Virus record (IMG/VR): IMGVR_UViG_3300009545_000004
Span: 5,560 to 69,559 of that record
DNA: 64,000 nt
From: a virus
Reading direction: 5' to 3' (one strand)
Made by a program: the position numbers and the translations under genes. The first letter of the stretch is position 1; every line of letters starts with the position of its first letter. Below are positions 8,490 through 17,926 of this stretch, piece by piece. Under the pieces are notes generated by a model. The model worked only from the letters and a program-made list of their open reading frames with translations. It made no database searches and was not told where the DNA came from.

Positions 8490-10232
8490 TCAAAATGAAA
8501 AGCTGACTCTCGTCAAGTGTTCATGCAATGCGTCGAACCTTGGAGCCTTCGACAATGCAGCCATTACGCAAGGCTCGCACTGCAATCCCTTAGCGCCGTA
8601 GTCGGCGTGCCATTCACGAAGGATCGCTTCCAGCAAGGTGCCGTCGAACGCGACGCGAGCCGGCGGCGCCCAGAACCTTCCCTGATCACCTGCGACGCGC
8701 TCGGCGTAGCCGAGTGCCAATGCGAGCTCCAGGCGCGCAAACGCCGCATCGAAGGCCTCGGAGTCTCGTAGCTCACGCTTGGCCAGCGGGCGCAGCACAT
8801 CGGCCATCAGCTCGGAACCAGGCAGTCGCTTGTCCTTGTATGCGGGTAGCAGCTTGAAGCGGTCCGCGCCGCCGTCTCTTATGAGAGCTATGACGTTCAG
8901 GCGGTCGCCCAATGCGAAGCTACCTTCGCCCTTGTCATCGATGTCGATCACCTTGCCGGCAAGTAGCCCAATTAGTTGGGGACGCCGACCAATCACGGCG
9001 CCGAGACCAAACGCGTACAAGACTTGCGATGCGGGGAAAGCCCGCAGGTCGACAAGGGGTGTCGGCCCGCTGGCGTTTCGCCGCCGTCGAGCAAGCGCAA
9101 TGACAATGTCAACCCACTGCTGCGTCTGCTGCTCGTTGCACCATAGGCCAGCGGTGTAGGCCAGCGGCAAGAAAGAATCGAGGGCAGCTTGGTACTGCAT
9201 CACGTGGTCCGCAAACGCCTGCGGCGACCATTCACCGATTACGAACTGCGGTTGATCGAGGCGCTCAAGCACGCGGCAGAACTCCGCATTGACAAGGTCC
9301 TGCAGTCGGATCTGGTGGCGTGGCTCGGGCAGGTAATCCTTCATCATCGCCACTGCGATGTCTGCCGACAGAGGGTGTGGCTGCCGCAGCGCTTCAATGG
9401 CTTGCACTCGCTGCGCGAGCACATCGAAGAAGCCGTCCGCGCCGTCGATCGGCACGATACGCGCAAGGCGACGCTCGATCAGCGCCTTTGCTGCCGCACC
9501 CGGCTCGCCGCGTGCGGCCCAGATCATCGGGTAGCGCCTTGATGGCGCACGGTCGATCGCCGCTTTGAGCGCGATGTCCCACTCGCCGGACCAGCCGCAG
9601 ACGATCAAGCCGAACTCATCCAGCACCCGGTCGAGTAGCGCGTCGAGCGCCGGCTCGTAAGCCGACAACTCACCCGTAGTGTTGCGGATGCGCGTATCGA
9701 GGTAGTCGCCGTGCAGTTTGACAATCACCGGACCGGCATGTATCAACGGCACGGCGCCGGTCACATGGTCGGCCGAACTGATGACGGTCGCCTTGATGCC
9801 GAGGTCCGCAAGTGCCTGCTCGAGCAACTGGTCGAAGTTGGTTGTCAGCACCACGCGCACGTAGCCTTTGGCCATCAGGCTTGCAATGGCGCGGTGTGCG
9901 GAGGTAGGCAACTTCTCGCCGCGCGCTCTCTCGCCGTCCGAGGGCTCTATGTAGGGGCGGATCACCTGCTGGCGCAGCGCTGGCGTCGTCGCAAGCCTAT
10001 CGAGCAGCTCCGAGTAGTCCGGCGTCTTGCCGAACGTTGCCGAGTACCAGCCCGCCGGATCTGCGCCTGCGTCCTCATCTTTGAGCACCGCCATCTGGCG
10101 CACCAGATCGAGCGTGATGTCCCAACCTGTGGGGATCTTGGCCGCCCGCGACACGCCCGAGCCGAGCAGTAATGCGAACACTCCTTTGGCCGCCTGTACT
10201 TCGAAGGCTACGGCGCTAACTGGATCAAGCAC
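8490..10232 (-). CDS. SIR2-like (SIR2_2) NADase-domain protein, putative defence
   Basis: LLLGSGVSRAAKIPTGW, LTTNFDQLLE, VKLHGDY, GLIVCGWSGEWD; GTG start with AGGAG RBS. Confidence 0.88.
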   Translation of the reverse strand: MLDPVSAVAFEVQAAKGVFALLLGSGVSRAAKIPTGWDITLDLVRQMAVLKDEDAGADPAGWYSATFGKTPDYSELLDRLATTPALRQQVIRPYIEPSDGERARGEKLPTSAHRAIASLMAKGYVRVVLTTNFDQLLEQALADLGIKATVISSADHVTGAVPLIHAGPVIVKLHGDYLDTRIRNTTGELSAYEPALDALLDRVLDEFGLIVCGWSGEWDIALKAAIDRAPSRRYPMIWAARGEPGAAAKALIERRLARIVPIDGADGFFDVLAQRVQAIEALRQPHPLSADIAVAMMKDYLPEPRHQIRLQDLVNAEFCRVLERLDQPQFVIGEWSPQAFADHVMQYQAALDSFLPLAYTAGLWCNEQQTQQWVDIVIALARRRRNASGPTPLVDLRAFPASQVLYAFGLGAVIGRRPQLIGLLAGKVIDIDDKGEGSFALGDRLNVIALIRDGGADRFKLLPAYKDKRLPGSELMADVLRPLAKRELRDSEAFDAAFARLELALALGYAERVAGDQGRFWAPPARVAFDGTLLEAILREWHADYGAKGLQCEPCVMAALSKAPRFDALHEHLTRVSFSF

Positions 10233-10536
10233 TGTTCTCTCCTGATGAGCTTGTCTGATAAGAAATTGGCGCACCATGCGAGCGAGACGGCCGATTCGTC
10301 TGTTGCGCGGAGCAGAACGATTGTCGCGGTAGGCCGATGGCGGCCGGCGGCTGGCGAGTTCGCGCCAGAAGAACCACCCGTGCATGTCGGTTTCGGCGGG
10401 CCTCACTCACCAGCCGCCGCAACCGCAGCCGCACCTCGGGGTTCTCCGCGTGCAGCTCATCGTCGAGCTTCTGCTCCAGCTCGTCCGCGAATGTGACGAG
10501 ATGGGCGAAGGCGTAATCGAAGCTGCCGCCGCTCAT
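10225..10536 (-). CDS. Phage hypothetical (MSGGSFDY... type), 3' end probably disrupted
   Basis: Overlaps upstream stop; C-terminus loses protein-like character near the cargo junction. Confidence 0.5.
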   Translation of the reverse strand: MSGGSFDYAFAHLVTFADELEQKLDDELHAENPEVRLRLRRLVSEARRNRHARVVLLARTRQPPAAIGLPRQSFCSAQQTNRPSRSHGAPISYQTSSSGENSA

Positions 10537-10901
10537 GGGCTGGCCTCGCGCACCGGCTGGTGCGAGAGCAGGTACAGCAGGTTCGCGGTCAGGAAGACGG
10601 CGTAAGGGATCAGGATCCGGCCGAACGGGCCGAACTGTTCAGGCTTCACCGTCCCCATGACGACAACCCCAAAGCCGCCCAGCAGGAGCAGCAAGTTGAG
10701 CCCCGCGGCAACCGCCCATAGCCAGGCTGGTCGGCGCCCGAAGACGTAGACGGCGACGGCGAGGAACGGGAGCGTCGCGCTGAGCAGAAAGCCCAGGCCG
10801 GGGGCCACGCCGACTCGAAATGGCGCCGAGGAGGCGAGGGCGCCGTAGACCGTCTGCAGGATGTTGCCGACGCCGAAGAGGATCGACCACAGGAGCTTCA
10901 T
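10533..10901 (-). CDS. Multi-TM membrane protein
   Basis: Four hydrophobic segments from MKLLWSILFG; coupled start/stop. Confidence 0.65.
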   Translation of the reverse strand: MKLLWSILFGVGNILQTVYGALASSAPFRVGVAPGLGFLLSATLPFLAVAVYVFGRRPAWLWAVAAGLNLLLLLGGFGVVVMGTVKPEQFGPFGRILIPYAVFLTANLLYLLSHQPVREASP

Positions 10902-11119
10902 AGCACCAGCCCCGGCGGGTAGTCCGATACAGCCAGGCTCGGCGGCTCGTGCTCCTGCAGCTCGCGCTCGAACTCCGTGGTATCGAGCGACTTGTGCACC
11001 GCGGCCCGGGTAATGAAGCAGTGCACCGCGATACCGCTCTCGGTGTGCCCCTCCCATATTCGCGCCGGCACGCCGTCGATTTCGACGAATTTGGTGGTAC
11101 TGGTCAGCGTGAGTTTCAT
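10898..11119 (-). CDS. Phage hypothetical protein
   Basis: MKLTLTSTT...VPARIWEGHT; coupled in operon. Confidence 0.7.
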   Translation of the reverse strand: MKLTLTSTTKFVEIDGVPARIWEGHTESGIAVHCFITRAAVHKSLDTTEFERELQEHEPPSLAVSDYPPGLVL

Positions 11120-11376
11120 CAATGCGCCGCAGGCACGACCACCGCCTCGATCGACACCTTGGTATCCGGGCCGATACTGGGCGCCAGGTAATCCACGATG
11201 TCGCGCTCGGTTTTGCCCCAGCAGATCATTACCTCGCCCAAGCCCGGAGGGCCGCCCATGTCTTCGAGTTTCACGATGATGGGTTTGTTGGAGCGCAGCC
11301 GGAGGATATTTTCGTCAGAGAGCCCGAGCACATAGACCGGGGTATCTCCATTCGTGGTCGCGCGAGCCTTGATCAT
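11119..11376 (-). CDS. Phage hypothetical protein
   Basis: Coupled ORF, LGLSDENILRL motif. Confidence 0.65.
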   Translation of the reverse strand: MIKARATTNGDTPVYVLGLSDENILRLRSNKPIIVKLEDMGGPPGLGEVMICWGKTERDIVDYLAPSIGPDTKVSIEAVVVPAAH

Positions 11377-11597
11377 TTTGGTTCCCTTTCAGGCGAGGGT
11401 AGGTTGCGGAGTTGCCTGGCGGTATCTTCGAGATGGGCGGCGAGTTTGGCCTGGTCGATCGGAGCGACGGACTGCACCGAGAATCCGTCACCGCTGCTGC
11501 CACCGACGACGATCAGCAACACCAGGCTCGCCTCGGTGATCTCGCGGGCAATGCTGCACGCCCCATCGTATTTGCCGGGGCCGTGTGCAGCGGTCAT
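11373..11597 (-). CDS. Phage hypothetical protein
   Basis: GPGKYD...GDGFSVQ; coupled ORF. Confidence 0.6.
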   Translation of the reverse strand: MTAAHGPGKYDGACSIAREITEASLVLLIVVGGSSGDGFSVQSVAPIDQAKLAAHLEDTARQLRNLPSPEREPK

Positions 11598-11859
11598 GAG
11601 TCGGCTTTCGTGGTGTCGATGAAGAGGGCGCCGCGCGTCGTGGATTGCCAGGCCGTGGCCAATGGCCCTCGCCGACGGGCCGGCAATTTCTATTCGGTAG
11701 CGGCCCGCAGCGCTGCCAGGATGGCCTTGCGCGGCCAGTCTGCGCCGATCGCGAAGGCCCAACTTGACGGAAGGTGTGCACGCGATCCGGCGCGCTGTCG
11801 GACAGCATGGCGACCGCAGTTTCGTGGTCGACTAGCTCGCGCTTGTCGGGGACGCTCAT
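11594..11859 (-). pseudogene. Frameshifted phage hypothetical gene
   Basis: Protein-like segments VHTFRQVG / FAIGADWPRKAILAAL / IEIAGPSARAIGHGLAIHD / ALFIDTT lie in different frames. Confidence 0.55.
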
Positions 11860-12050
11860 GTGTGTTCGGCGGCCGGCCTGAGGACTTCAGACAAGCCGTC
11901 GCGCACCAGCTTCAGGATGTAGGGTTTGAATGTGCCGTCGAGTAGCTCGGAGCGCAGGCGGGTCTTCGTTTCCGGGACGCGCAGCGCACCGGCTACGAGG
12001 CCGATCGCGAGCATCAAGTTCGAGTAGGACTCGTCGGACGGGGTAGGCAT
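11856..12050 (-). CDS. Phage hypothetical, first gene of leftward mini-operon
   Basis: GGAG RBS; upstream TAGACT-16-CATAAT promoter-like sequence. Confidence 0.6.
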   Translation of the reverse strand: MPTPSDESYSNLMLAIGLVAGALRVPETKTRLRSELLDGTFKPYILKLVRDGLSEVLRPAAEHT

Positions 12051-12434
12051 TTGAGACTCCCTTGGCGTGTTGATGGGCGGCCATTATGCAGAGAAAACCG
12101 CTCCAGTCTAGAAGAGCCGAGGATAGGGTCTTTTGGCCCAACCCACGGGCTGTTTCAGCTCTATTCACGAGGGGATTTTTCACGTGAACCGCGGTGGTAC
12201 ACATCGTCGTGCGGCGGATCCGCGCCTACCTCGCGTCCGCCACCTCGACGGATAGATGACCCTTGTGTCGTACAGCTCGCCGGCCAACGTCGGCGATCAG
12301 CCCAGGCCGGTGGCAACGATGGAGCAGGTGCGGTCGGCTGCTCCGCTATCGCCAAGGGACAGCGCGAAGCATTGCTCGGAAGGTGCGAAAAAGTGGTTGG
12401 AGGCTAAGCTGTTGATTTGGAAAGGGAAGGTCGA

Positions 12435-12479
12435 ATTGCAAATCCGTCTAGTCCGGTTCGACTCCGGATCGCGCCTCCA
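12435..12479 (+). mobile_element. attP: attP core = 3' half of tRNA-Cys(GCA)
   Basis: ATTGCAAATCCGTCTAGTCCGGTTCGACTCCGGATCGCGCCTCCA: anticodon loop, T-arm, acceptor and CCA, no 5' half; upstream of int. Confidence 0.92.
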
Positions 12480-12508
12480 GAAAAAACCAATAGGAATCAA
12501 TGACTTAG

Positions 12509-12539
12509 AAGCCTCGGCAGCCCCGAGGCTTTTTCTTTT
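12509..12539 (+). terminator. Intrinsic terminator replacing the tRNA terminator after integration
   Basis: AAGCCTCGG-cagcc-CCGAGGCTT followed by T-run. Confidence 0.8.
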
Positions 12540-12675
12540 CCAACCACTTTGAACTGCTCGCGTAGCCCTAGAGGGGGTTGGCCCGAGTGGTTGAACCACT
12601 TCGGTCGCGGACCGTTTGGGCGTCCAGTCGTGTTTAGAATCGCTAGCGAATTCACAAGCGACGACTGGAGCAGCA

Positions 12676-13911
12676 ATGGCATCGATCCGCCGGACACCGA
12701 CAGGCAAGTGGGAAGTGAAGTTCACGAAGCAGGCCCTGTTTCCCAAGCCCATCTATTTCACGTTCGACGACGAAGAGACGGCCCGCAAGTACGGAGCTGA
12801 AGGCGACGCTCTACTCGCCAAGGACATCATCCCCACAGGCTGGGTAGCTGCTCCACTCGACACCAAAACGAAGCACGACACATTGGGGCCGATCATTCGG
12901 GCCTGGCTCAACAGTGGCCACGCCTCGGTATCGGATGACGAGGTGCTGAATCTCGTCTTCAGCGAGAAGGGTGTCACGCCGATGCGCGACATGAATTACA
13001 AGTGGTGCGAGGCTTGGGTGCGCGAAATGAAGGTCGACAAGAACCTGGCGCCGAGCACCATCCGCAAGCGCGTGGGTGCCGTCAGCCGCGCCTTCGGCTA
13101 CTGGGCCCGATCGTTCGAAGAAGTGGAGCCACCGGTGAACTGCTTGGCCCTGCTGCCTCGCGGCTACTCGACGTACACGAAGAAGGACATCGAGCTGGCC
13201 GAGGCCAACGGCAAGAAGGCCAGGCTCGACGAGGTGCGCGAGCGCCGCCTCAACGAAGGCGAGGAAGAGCGCATTCTGGAGACCCTCAACGGCGTCAAGC
13301 GGGCCGATCGCGAGCGCCCCTTCATCGACCCGTCCGACAAGTCGATGCTGAACCTCTACCTCATGATCGTGAACACCGGCGCGCGTCTCATCGAGGCCTA
13401 TACGTTGACCCGCGGGCAGATTGATCTTGCGCAGAGATTCATCCGCATCAAAACCTCGAAGCTGAAGCCAGGCAAACCTCAAGAATGGCGTCACGTGCCC
13501 ATTCGGGCCGAGTTATATGACCCGCTGGTGGCCTGGCTGGAGGCGAGAAATCTGAGCGACGAGAAGTCGATGGCGAAGGCCCTCGTCTTCCCATTTTGGG
13601 ACGGACATCCCGATGATTTGACGCCGGCCGGGAAACGCCTCTCGCAGCGTTTTCGGAAGGCATTCGACTACTCGAACATGCCCGACTTCACTGAGCACGA
13701 CTTGCGCCATGAGGCAACGTGCAGGTGGTTTCAGATGCGATTCGAAGACGGGAGCTGGGTATACCGCGGCGAGGAAATCAACAAGCTGATGGGCTGGAAA
13801 CCGAACTCGACGATGGCGCAGCGCTATGCGTCATTCCAAGCTGAAGAACTCGCGGCGCGGCTGTGGAAGGGTGTTCCCGCCGGCAACCTCAAGCTCGTGC
13901 CAAAGGGCTAG
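12676..13911 (+). CDS. int: Tyrosine integrase
   Basis: NTGAR, HDLRH, LMGW, QRY catalytic motifs; adjacent to attP. Confidence 0.95.
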   Translation: MASIRRTPTGKWEVKFTKQALFPKPIYFTFDDEETARKYGAEGDALLAKDIIPTGWVAAPLDTKTKHDTLGPIIRAWLNSGHASVSDDEVLNLVFSEKGVTPMRDMNYKWCEAWVREMKVDKNLAPSTIRKRVGAVSRAFGYWARSFEEVEPPVNCLALLPRGYSTYTKKDIELAEANGKKARLDEVRERRLNEGEEERILETLNGVKRADRERPFIDPSDKSMLNLYLMIVNTGARLIEAYTLTRGQIDLAQRFIRIKTSKLKPGKPQEWRHVPIRAELYDPLVAWLEARNLSDEKSMAKALVFPFWDGHPDDLTPAGKRLSQRFRKAFDYSNMPDFTEHDLRHEATCRWFQMRFEDGSWVYRGEEINKLMGWKPNSTMAQRYASFQAEELAARLWKGVPAGNLKLVPKG

Positions 13912-14210
13912 ACGATTTGCGGCAGGGGCGGCGGAATCCGTCGCCGGCCGCGCCGCGGTATCTGCGTCGTTTCCTTGAGGGCGCTGCCAGGCAGCGGCGG
14001 CGCCGTGGTAGTCGGCTTCGCCTCGGTCTGCTTCAGCGCCAGGTGGTGCAGGACTTCGAGCACAGCAGTGCGTGGATAAACCCAGGAGCGGCCGAGCTTC
14101 ACGCCGGGTAGCTTGCCGCATCGGGTGTGCTCTTCCACGGCCTGCGGCTCGCAGTGCAGCAGGGCCGCCATGTCTTCAACCGTGAGAATGTCGTCGGTCG
14201 TCATCGTCAC
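13908..14210 (-). CDS. xis: Excisionase (HTH_17-like)
   Basis: ILTVEDMAALL...GKLPGVKLGRSWVY; convergent with int. Confidence 0.8.
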   Translation of the reverse strand: MTMTTDDILTVEDMAALLHCEPQAVEEHTRCGKLPGVKLGRSWVYPRTAVLEVLHHLALKQTEAKPTTTAPPLPGSALKETTQIPRRGRRRIPPPLPQIV

Positions 14211-14257
14211 TCTCCAGGGAGGTGCGAAGGCAGCATGAGCACTTCAAAAAGGGTTTG

Positions 14258-14968
14258 TCAGGCCTCGACGGCGGCCGGTGGTGCATCGGGCCAGGGTTGT
14301 GCGTCCAGCAGCGCCTTGGAGACGGCGCGCAGCCTTTCCAGCTCGCGCATCGCCGCGTCGCCGCCTTCCTCGCGATCCTGCTGCTCGGCCCGCTCGATCA
14401 GCAGGTGCACGCCGCTGGCGATCGACTCGTCGACTTCGGCGCGCGTCGCCTGCCGGCCCTCGGCGTACCACTCGATCGACTCGGGCGGGCCGAATCGGAA
14501 CAGGATGCCGTCGTTGCCCGGGGCACCGCCGCGTCCGGTGCGATAGGCCTTGTAGGTCTTGGTCGTCCACACCGCGATGCAGCCGGGATTGCGCAGGATC
14601 GGCAGGCCCGCTTGCTCGACGTGCGGCTCTTTCACCTCGCGGCGCTTGGCGTGCGGGCGGGTAATGAAGGGGCAGGCCGTGCAAGCGTAGCGGGCGCATT
14701 CGAGGTGCGACGGCGGCTCGGCAATGCTGCCGGTGATCGAGCACATCGGGCCGATCACGAATGACTTGTAGCGGCCGAGGGGGCCGCCGCACTGCCAGCA
14801 CAAGCCCTGGTTCACGGCCAGCGGCAGCTTGCGCGAGTCCATCACGCGGTGATCGGGCTTGCCGTTGATCCACTGCACGAACCACGGCACGGGAAACCCG
14901 CGGTCGTCGATCGGGACGCCGGCCATCTTGGGCGGCAACGGGGGCAGTCCTGCTTTCAGTTCGGCCAT
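14258..14968 (-). CDS. Cys/His-rich phage protein
   Basis: GFPVPWF, CWQCG, EPPSHLEC, CPF motifs. Confidence 0.7.
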   Translation of the reverse strand: MAELKAGLPPLPPKMAGVPIDDRGFPVPWFVQWINGKPDHRVMDSRKLPLAVNQGLCWQCGGPLGRYKSFVIGPMCSITGSIAEPPSHLECARYACTACPFITRPHAKRREVKEPHVEQAGLPILRNPGCIAVWTTKTYKAYRTGRGGAPGNDGILFRFGPPESIEWYAEGRQATRAEVDESIASGVHLLIERAEQQDREEGGDAAMRELERLRAVSKALLDAQPWPDAPPAAVEA

Positions 14969-15192
14969 GCTCTGCCTCCATCGGCGATCGCCTTGCGGCC
15001 CTTCTCCGTGATCTGGCCCTGGTCGTCGATCAGCCCCTTGCGCTGCAACACCTCTATGGTCGACCGCCGGTTGCCGTGGTTGAACATCCCTTCGATGCCC
15101 GTCATCAAGTCTTGCCCCGCCAGTGCCAGCCTGAGCACCTTGTTCTGCGGGGGAGTCAGCAACGGCGCCACTCTCTCCTTCAAGTTGTTCAT
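14956..15192 (-). CDS. Small winged-helix-like hypothetical
   Basis: LTPPQ...LQRKGLI...ITEKG pattern; GGAG RBS. Confidence 0.6.
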   Translation of the reverse strand: MNNLKERVAPLLTPPQNKVLRLALAGQDLMTGIEGMFNHGNRRSTIEVLQRKGLIDDQGQITEKGRKAIADGGRAWPN

Positions 15193-15310
15193 AAAAATGC
15201 TCCAGTCAGTTCACAGAGCGTGGAGCGTAACCTGCTCTACGCGCGTGCTTCATGAGGGACACGGCAATCTCCATTGCCACGTCGGGTGGGAGGAGTAGGA
15301 ACTCTCGCGT

Positions 15311-15553
15311 TCACCACTTCATCCTTTTCACTTCGTCGGCGAGAAACTCGCGCCACGCCGCCTTGACAGCCGGCGGCACGATGTATTCGTCGGGGAGGCC
15401 TGGGCGCCGATGCACCTCGATCAGGCCACGGTCGATCAGCGGCCTGACGGTCTTCGGGAGCGGCGGCAGACGGGTGTGACCGGCTTCCGTCCAGCCGCCC
15501 CCAGCCAGCAGCGCACGCTGCTCGCCGGCCAGGTTGTCGAAGTCGTAGACCAC
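15311..15553 (-). CDS. Phage hypothetical protein
   Basis: ORF in leftward operon. Confidence 0.5.
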   Translation of the reverse strand: MVYDFDNLAGEQRALLAGGGWTEAGHTRLPPLPKTVRPLIDRGLIEVHRRPGLPDEYIVPPAVKAAWREFLADEVKRMKW

Positions 15554-15557
15554 AGCC

Positions 15558-15827
15558 TCATCCGCTGCTTCCGCGCTGCGCCAGCAGGCCGATCGCGTGC
15601 TCGACTTCGGCCTTTGCCTCGCCGTCGAGCAGGGTTTCGAGGTACTGGATCGTGGCCCACTTGCCGTTCAGAAAATCAATGGAGCTGTCGGGCACATGCC
15701 GCAGGCACCGGACGAACCAGGCCAGGCGGTCGCCCTCGATCCAGGCAGTCAGCGGGAACCAGCCGAAGCGGTCGCAGAGGTCCGCAAGAGCGCGGAACGA
15801 GTGCATGTCGCCAATGTGGATGCTCAT
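15558..15827 (-). CDS. Phage hypothetical protein
   Basis: GAGGAG RBS before MSIHIGD. Confidence 0.55.
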   Translation of the reverse strand: MSIHIGDMHSFRALADLCDRFGWFPLTAWIEGDRLAWFVRCLRHVPDSSIDFLNGKWATIQYLETLLDGEAKAEVEHAIGLLAQRGSSG

Positions 15828-15958
15828 GGCGGCTCCTCGGAAGTGTGGGCGCCGACGATCGCCAGGGATGTCATAGAGCAGCAACGCCGGCACGTTGACC
15901 GTGAACTAGCGCGCTGCGCCGAGCCACAGCGTCGTCAGCTCTCGCTCGGTCAGTTCCA

Positions 15959-16348
15959 TCACGCAGCCTCCTTCTCGCAGACGGCCACGACGGCCTGGCA
16001 CTGCGCCACCGTGAACCTGCCGATGTGGCAGTCCTTCACCTCGATGCCGAGCATGCCGGCGAGCCAGGCATAGGCGGGTTTGCGCGCCATCTTGCCGCCC
16101 TGCCACATCGGATCGAAAGCCCTGTGCGCAGCGTTCTTCGCCTTGCGCAGCTCCAGGTTGGCGAGGCGGCCGAGCGGCGTCGTGCCGTCGCCGGCCTTGT
16201 GGCACCCCACGTAGGCCTCGCAGGGCACGCAGCGCCAGAAGCGCAGGTGCGCCAAGTCGTTGCGGTGCGGGTAGATCGTGGCGCCCGTCACCAGCTCGGC
16301 TGGCTTCTGGCAGTAGTCGCAGTCGACGCTCTTGAGGCTCTTTTTCAT
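15959..16348 (-). CDS. DUF3268-like zinc-finger protein
   Basis: CDYC...CVPCEAYVGCH...PLGRLA...HRAFDPMW...CHIGRF. Confidence 0.85.
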   Translation of the reverse strand: MKKSLKSVDCDYCQKPAELVTGATIYPHRNDLAHLRFWRCVPCEAYVGCHKAGDGTTPLGRLANLELRKAKNAAHRAFDPMWQGGKMARKPAYAWLAGMLGIEVKDCHIGRFTVAQCQAVVAVCEKEAA

Positions 16349-16701
16349 AGGAGGCTTTCGTTGTCGGGTGTGGCGAAGTCGTCATCGGGGACGATCACCA
16401 CGTCGCCGCGGATCGGGTGCACGACTCCGGGGATGCAGTTCGCGTGATAGAGCTTCGTCGCCTCGGGATTGATCGGCAGATCCTTGTAGCCGCCGAGGTC
16501 GTCGACCAGCATCACGTGCAGCGGTTCACCCCAATGGCGCAGGCGCACCATGTCGAGCGAATCGGCGACGATCAGCCGGCGGATCACGTCCATCGGCGTC
16601 GCGCGCTGCAGCTCCTTCTCGGAGCCATCGGTGCGGATGAGCTTGCGCACGAGGCGCGCGCCGGGCGGCGGGGTCTGCGGGGGGAGGGTGTGCAGCGTCA
16701 C
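16345..16701 (-). CDS. DUF3846-like phage protein
   Basis: [16 protein letters not shown]...IRGDVVIV. Confidence 0.6.
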   Translation of the reverse strand: MTLHTLPPQTPPPGARLVRKLIRTDGSEKELQRATPMDVIRRLIVADSLDMVRLRHWGEPLHVMLVDDLGGYKDLPINPEATKLYHANCIPGVVHPIRGDVVIVPDDDFATPDNESLL

Positions 16702-17120
16702 AGCTCGCTCCCTTCGCCATCCGCTTCCCTCACCTCGATCGGCGCGGCCACAGCTCCGGGGGGCGGGATCAACCAGAAGGCCAGGTGGCCCAGCCTCTGC
16801 GCCATCTCGCCGAAGGCCTCGGCGCTCACTTCGCCCTGTTCGCCGGCCAGCGCGATGCGCTGGATGTCGGCCAGCTCGGCGAGCAGCGCGGTGCGGCCGG
16901 CGCCGAGGTCCGCCGCGGCGCGCTGGCTGACGTTCAACAGGCTGCGAAGGTCGGCGACGGCGCACTCGTAGTGTCCGCGTCCCCAACTCCAGCAGCCGGG
17001 GCCGTGCGTGCCGATGCGGCCGTCACGGTCTTCCTGCCACTTCAGCGCGTCGCGCAGGCGCTCGTTCTCGACGCCCATGGCGAGCAGCTCCGTGTGCTCG
17101 GCCTCGGTGATCATCTTCAT
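16698..17120 (-). CDS. Phage hypothetical protein
   Basis: [15 protein letters not shown] motif; AGGAGG RBS. Confidence 0.65.
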   Translation of the reverse strand: MKMITEAEHTELLAMGVENERLRDALKWQEDRDGRIGTHGPGCWSWGRGHYECAVADLRSLLNVSQRAAADLGAGRTALLAELADIQRIALAGEQGEVSAEAFGEMAQRLGHLAFWLIPPPGAVAAPIEVREADGEGSEL

Positions 17121-17123
17121 GGC

Positions 17124-17384
17124 TTACCTCCTGGGGCGCTGTTGCGCGAGGCGGCGGATGACATGGAATTCGATCAGCCTCGCAAAGCCGTGCGGCTTGC
17201 CGTTGCCCGAGCGGGCATAGCAAGAATCGATGTCGGCTTCGGACAGCATGAGCGGCGGGATCGGGCCGCGCTGCAGCGCGATCCCGCCGAGGTTGATGGG
17301 GTCGCCGGCCCGTACGTTGAGCAGGCAGGCAAGCTCATCGTAGGTCGCTGGAGTCACCTCCAGGACCAACGGTTGGCGGTCCAT
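17124..17384 (-). CDS. Phage hypothetical protein
   Basis: Fits operon spacing. Confidence 0.5.
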   Translation of the reverse strand: MDRQPLVLEVTPATYDELACLLNVRAGDPINLGGIALQRGPIPPLMLSEADIDSCYARSGNGKPHGFARLIEFHVIRRLAQQRPRR

Positions 17385-17386
17385 GA

Positions 17387-17926
17387 TCAGCCCCCGCGAT
17401 GATTGGGGGCAGAGTTCTCGTCGGGCGATAGCCCGTTGTCGGGATCATCGTCGTCGCCTGGATCCGCCTCGGCGATTTTGGTGATCCTTGGGTTGTTTAC
17501 CGGCGGCATCGGCACACCCTTGGCCTCAAGGTAAGCGACGGCTTCACCTTGGAGAAAGCGGTTGAGTGCGTCGAGCGCCTGCTGCATGGTTGGCACCGTG
17601 TTTTGATGCTCTGCCCGGCGTCCAAGGGCGGCCATAAGCGCCCCGTCGATGCCGCCATGCTGCTTCGCTGAGAAGCTGGTCTTCTTTGTCGTTCTGCCGT
17701 CTTGGTAGCCCACGACGACTCGATAGTGCCACTTCAGCGGATCACGATCTGACTCGATCCGCTGAAACCGAATACCGGGGATGCCGCTGGTGTTGTGCAC
17801 CAGCAGCACGCGGTTGTTCTTTCCAGGTGCTGACAACTGTTCCTCTCGCTCTTCTGTCAGTTGCAGTAGCGGCCCCGAGGCCGCGCCTTGTTCTTGTCCC
17901 ACCGGGGCAGCGAAGGCCTGGCTCAC
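17387..17926 (-). CDS. AP2-like DNA-binding protein
   Basis: NTSGIPGI...KKTSFSAKQHGG..AL..A...R pattern. Confidence 0.6.
   Translation of the reverse strand: MSQAFAAPVGQEQGAASGPLLQLTEEREEQLSAPGKNNRVLLVHNTSGIPGIRFQRIESDRDPLKWHYRVVVGYQDGRTTKKTSFSAKQHGGIDGALMAALGRRAEHQNTVPTMQQALDALNRFLQGEAVAYLEAKGVPMPPVNNPRITKIAEADPGDDDDPDNGLSPDENSAPNHRGG

Larger units (their letters stand above)
12387..12601. promoter_or_regulatory. attP arms: two IHF sites and integrase arm-type repeats
   Basis: WATCAANNNNTTR matches at 12405-12417(-) and 12495-12507(+); AGTGGTT repeats near 12392, 12542(-), 12586, 12594(-). Confidence 0.7.

Noticed and set aside
5613-10232. Thoeris system
   Set aside because: No TIR gene; the SLOG is the DUF2493 type common in phages and is not fused to SIR2
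12435-12479. Functional tRNA-Cys gene
   Set aside because: The 5' acceptor strand and D-arm are absent; it is an attP core
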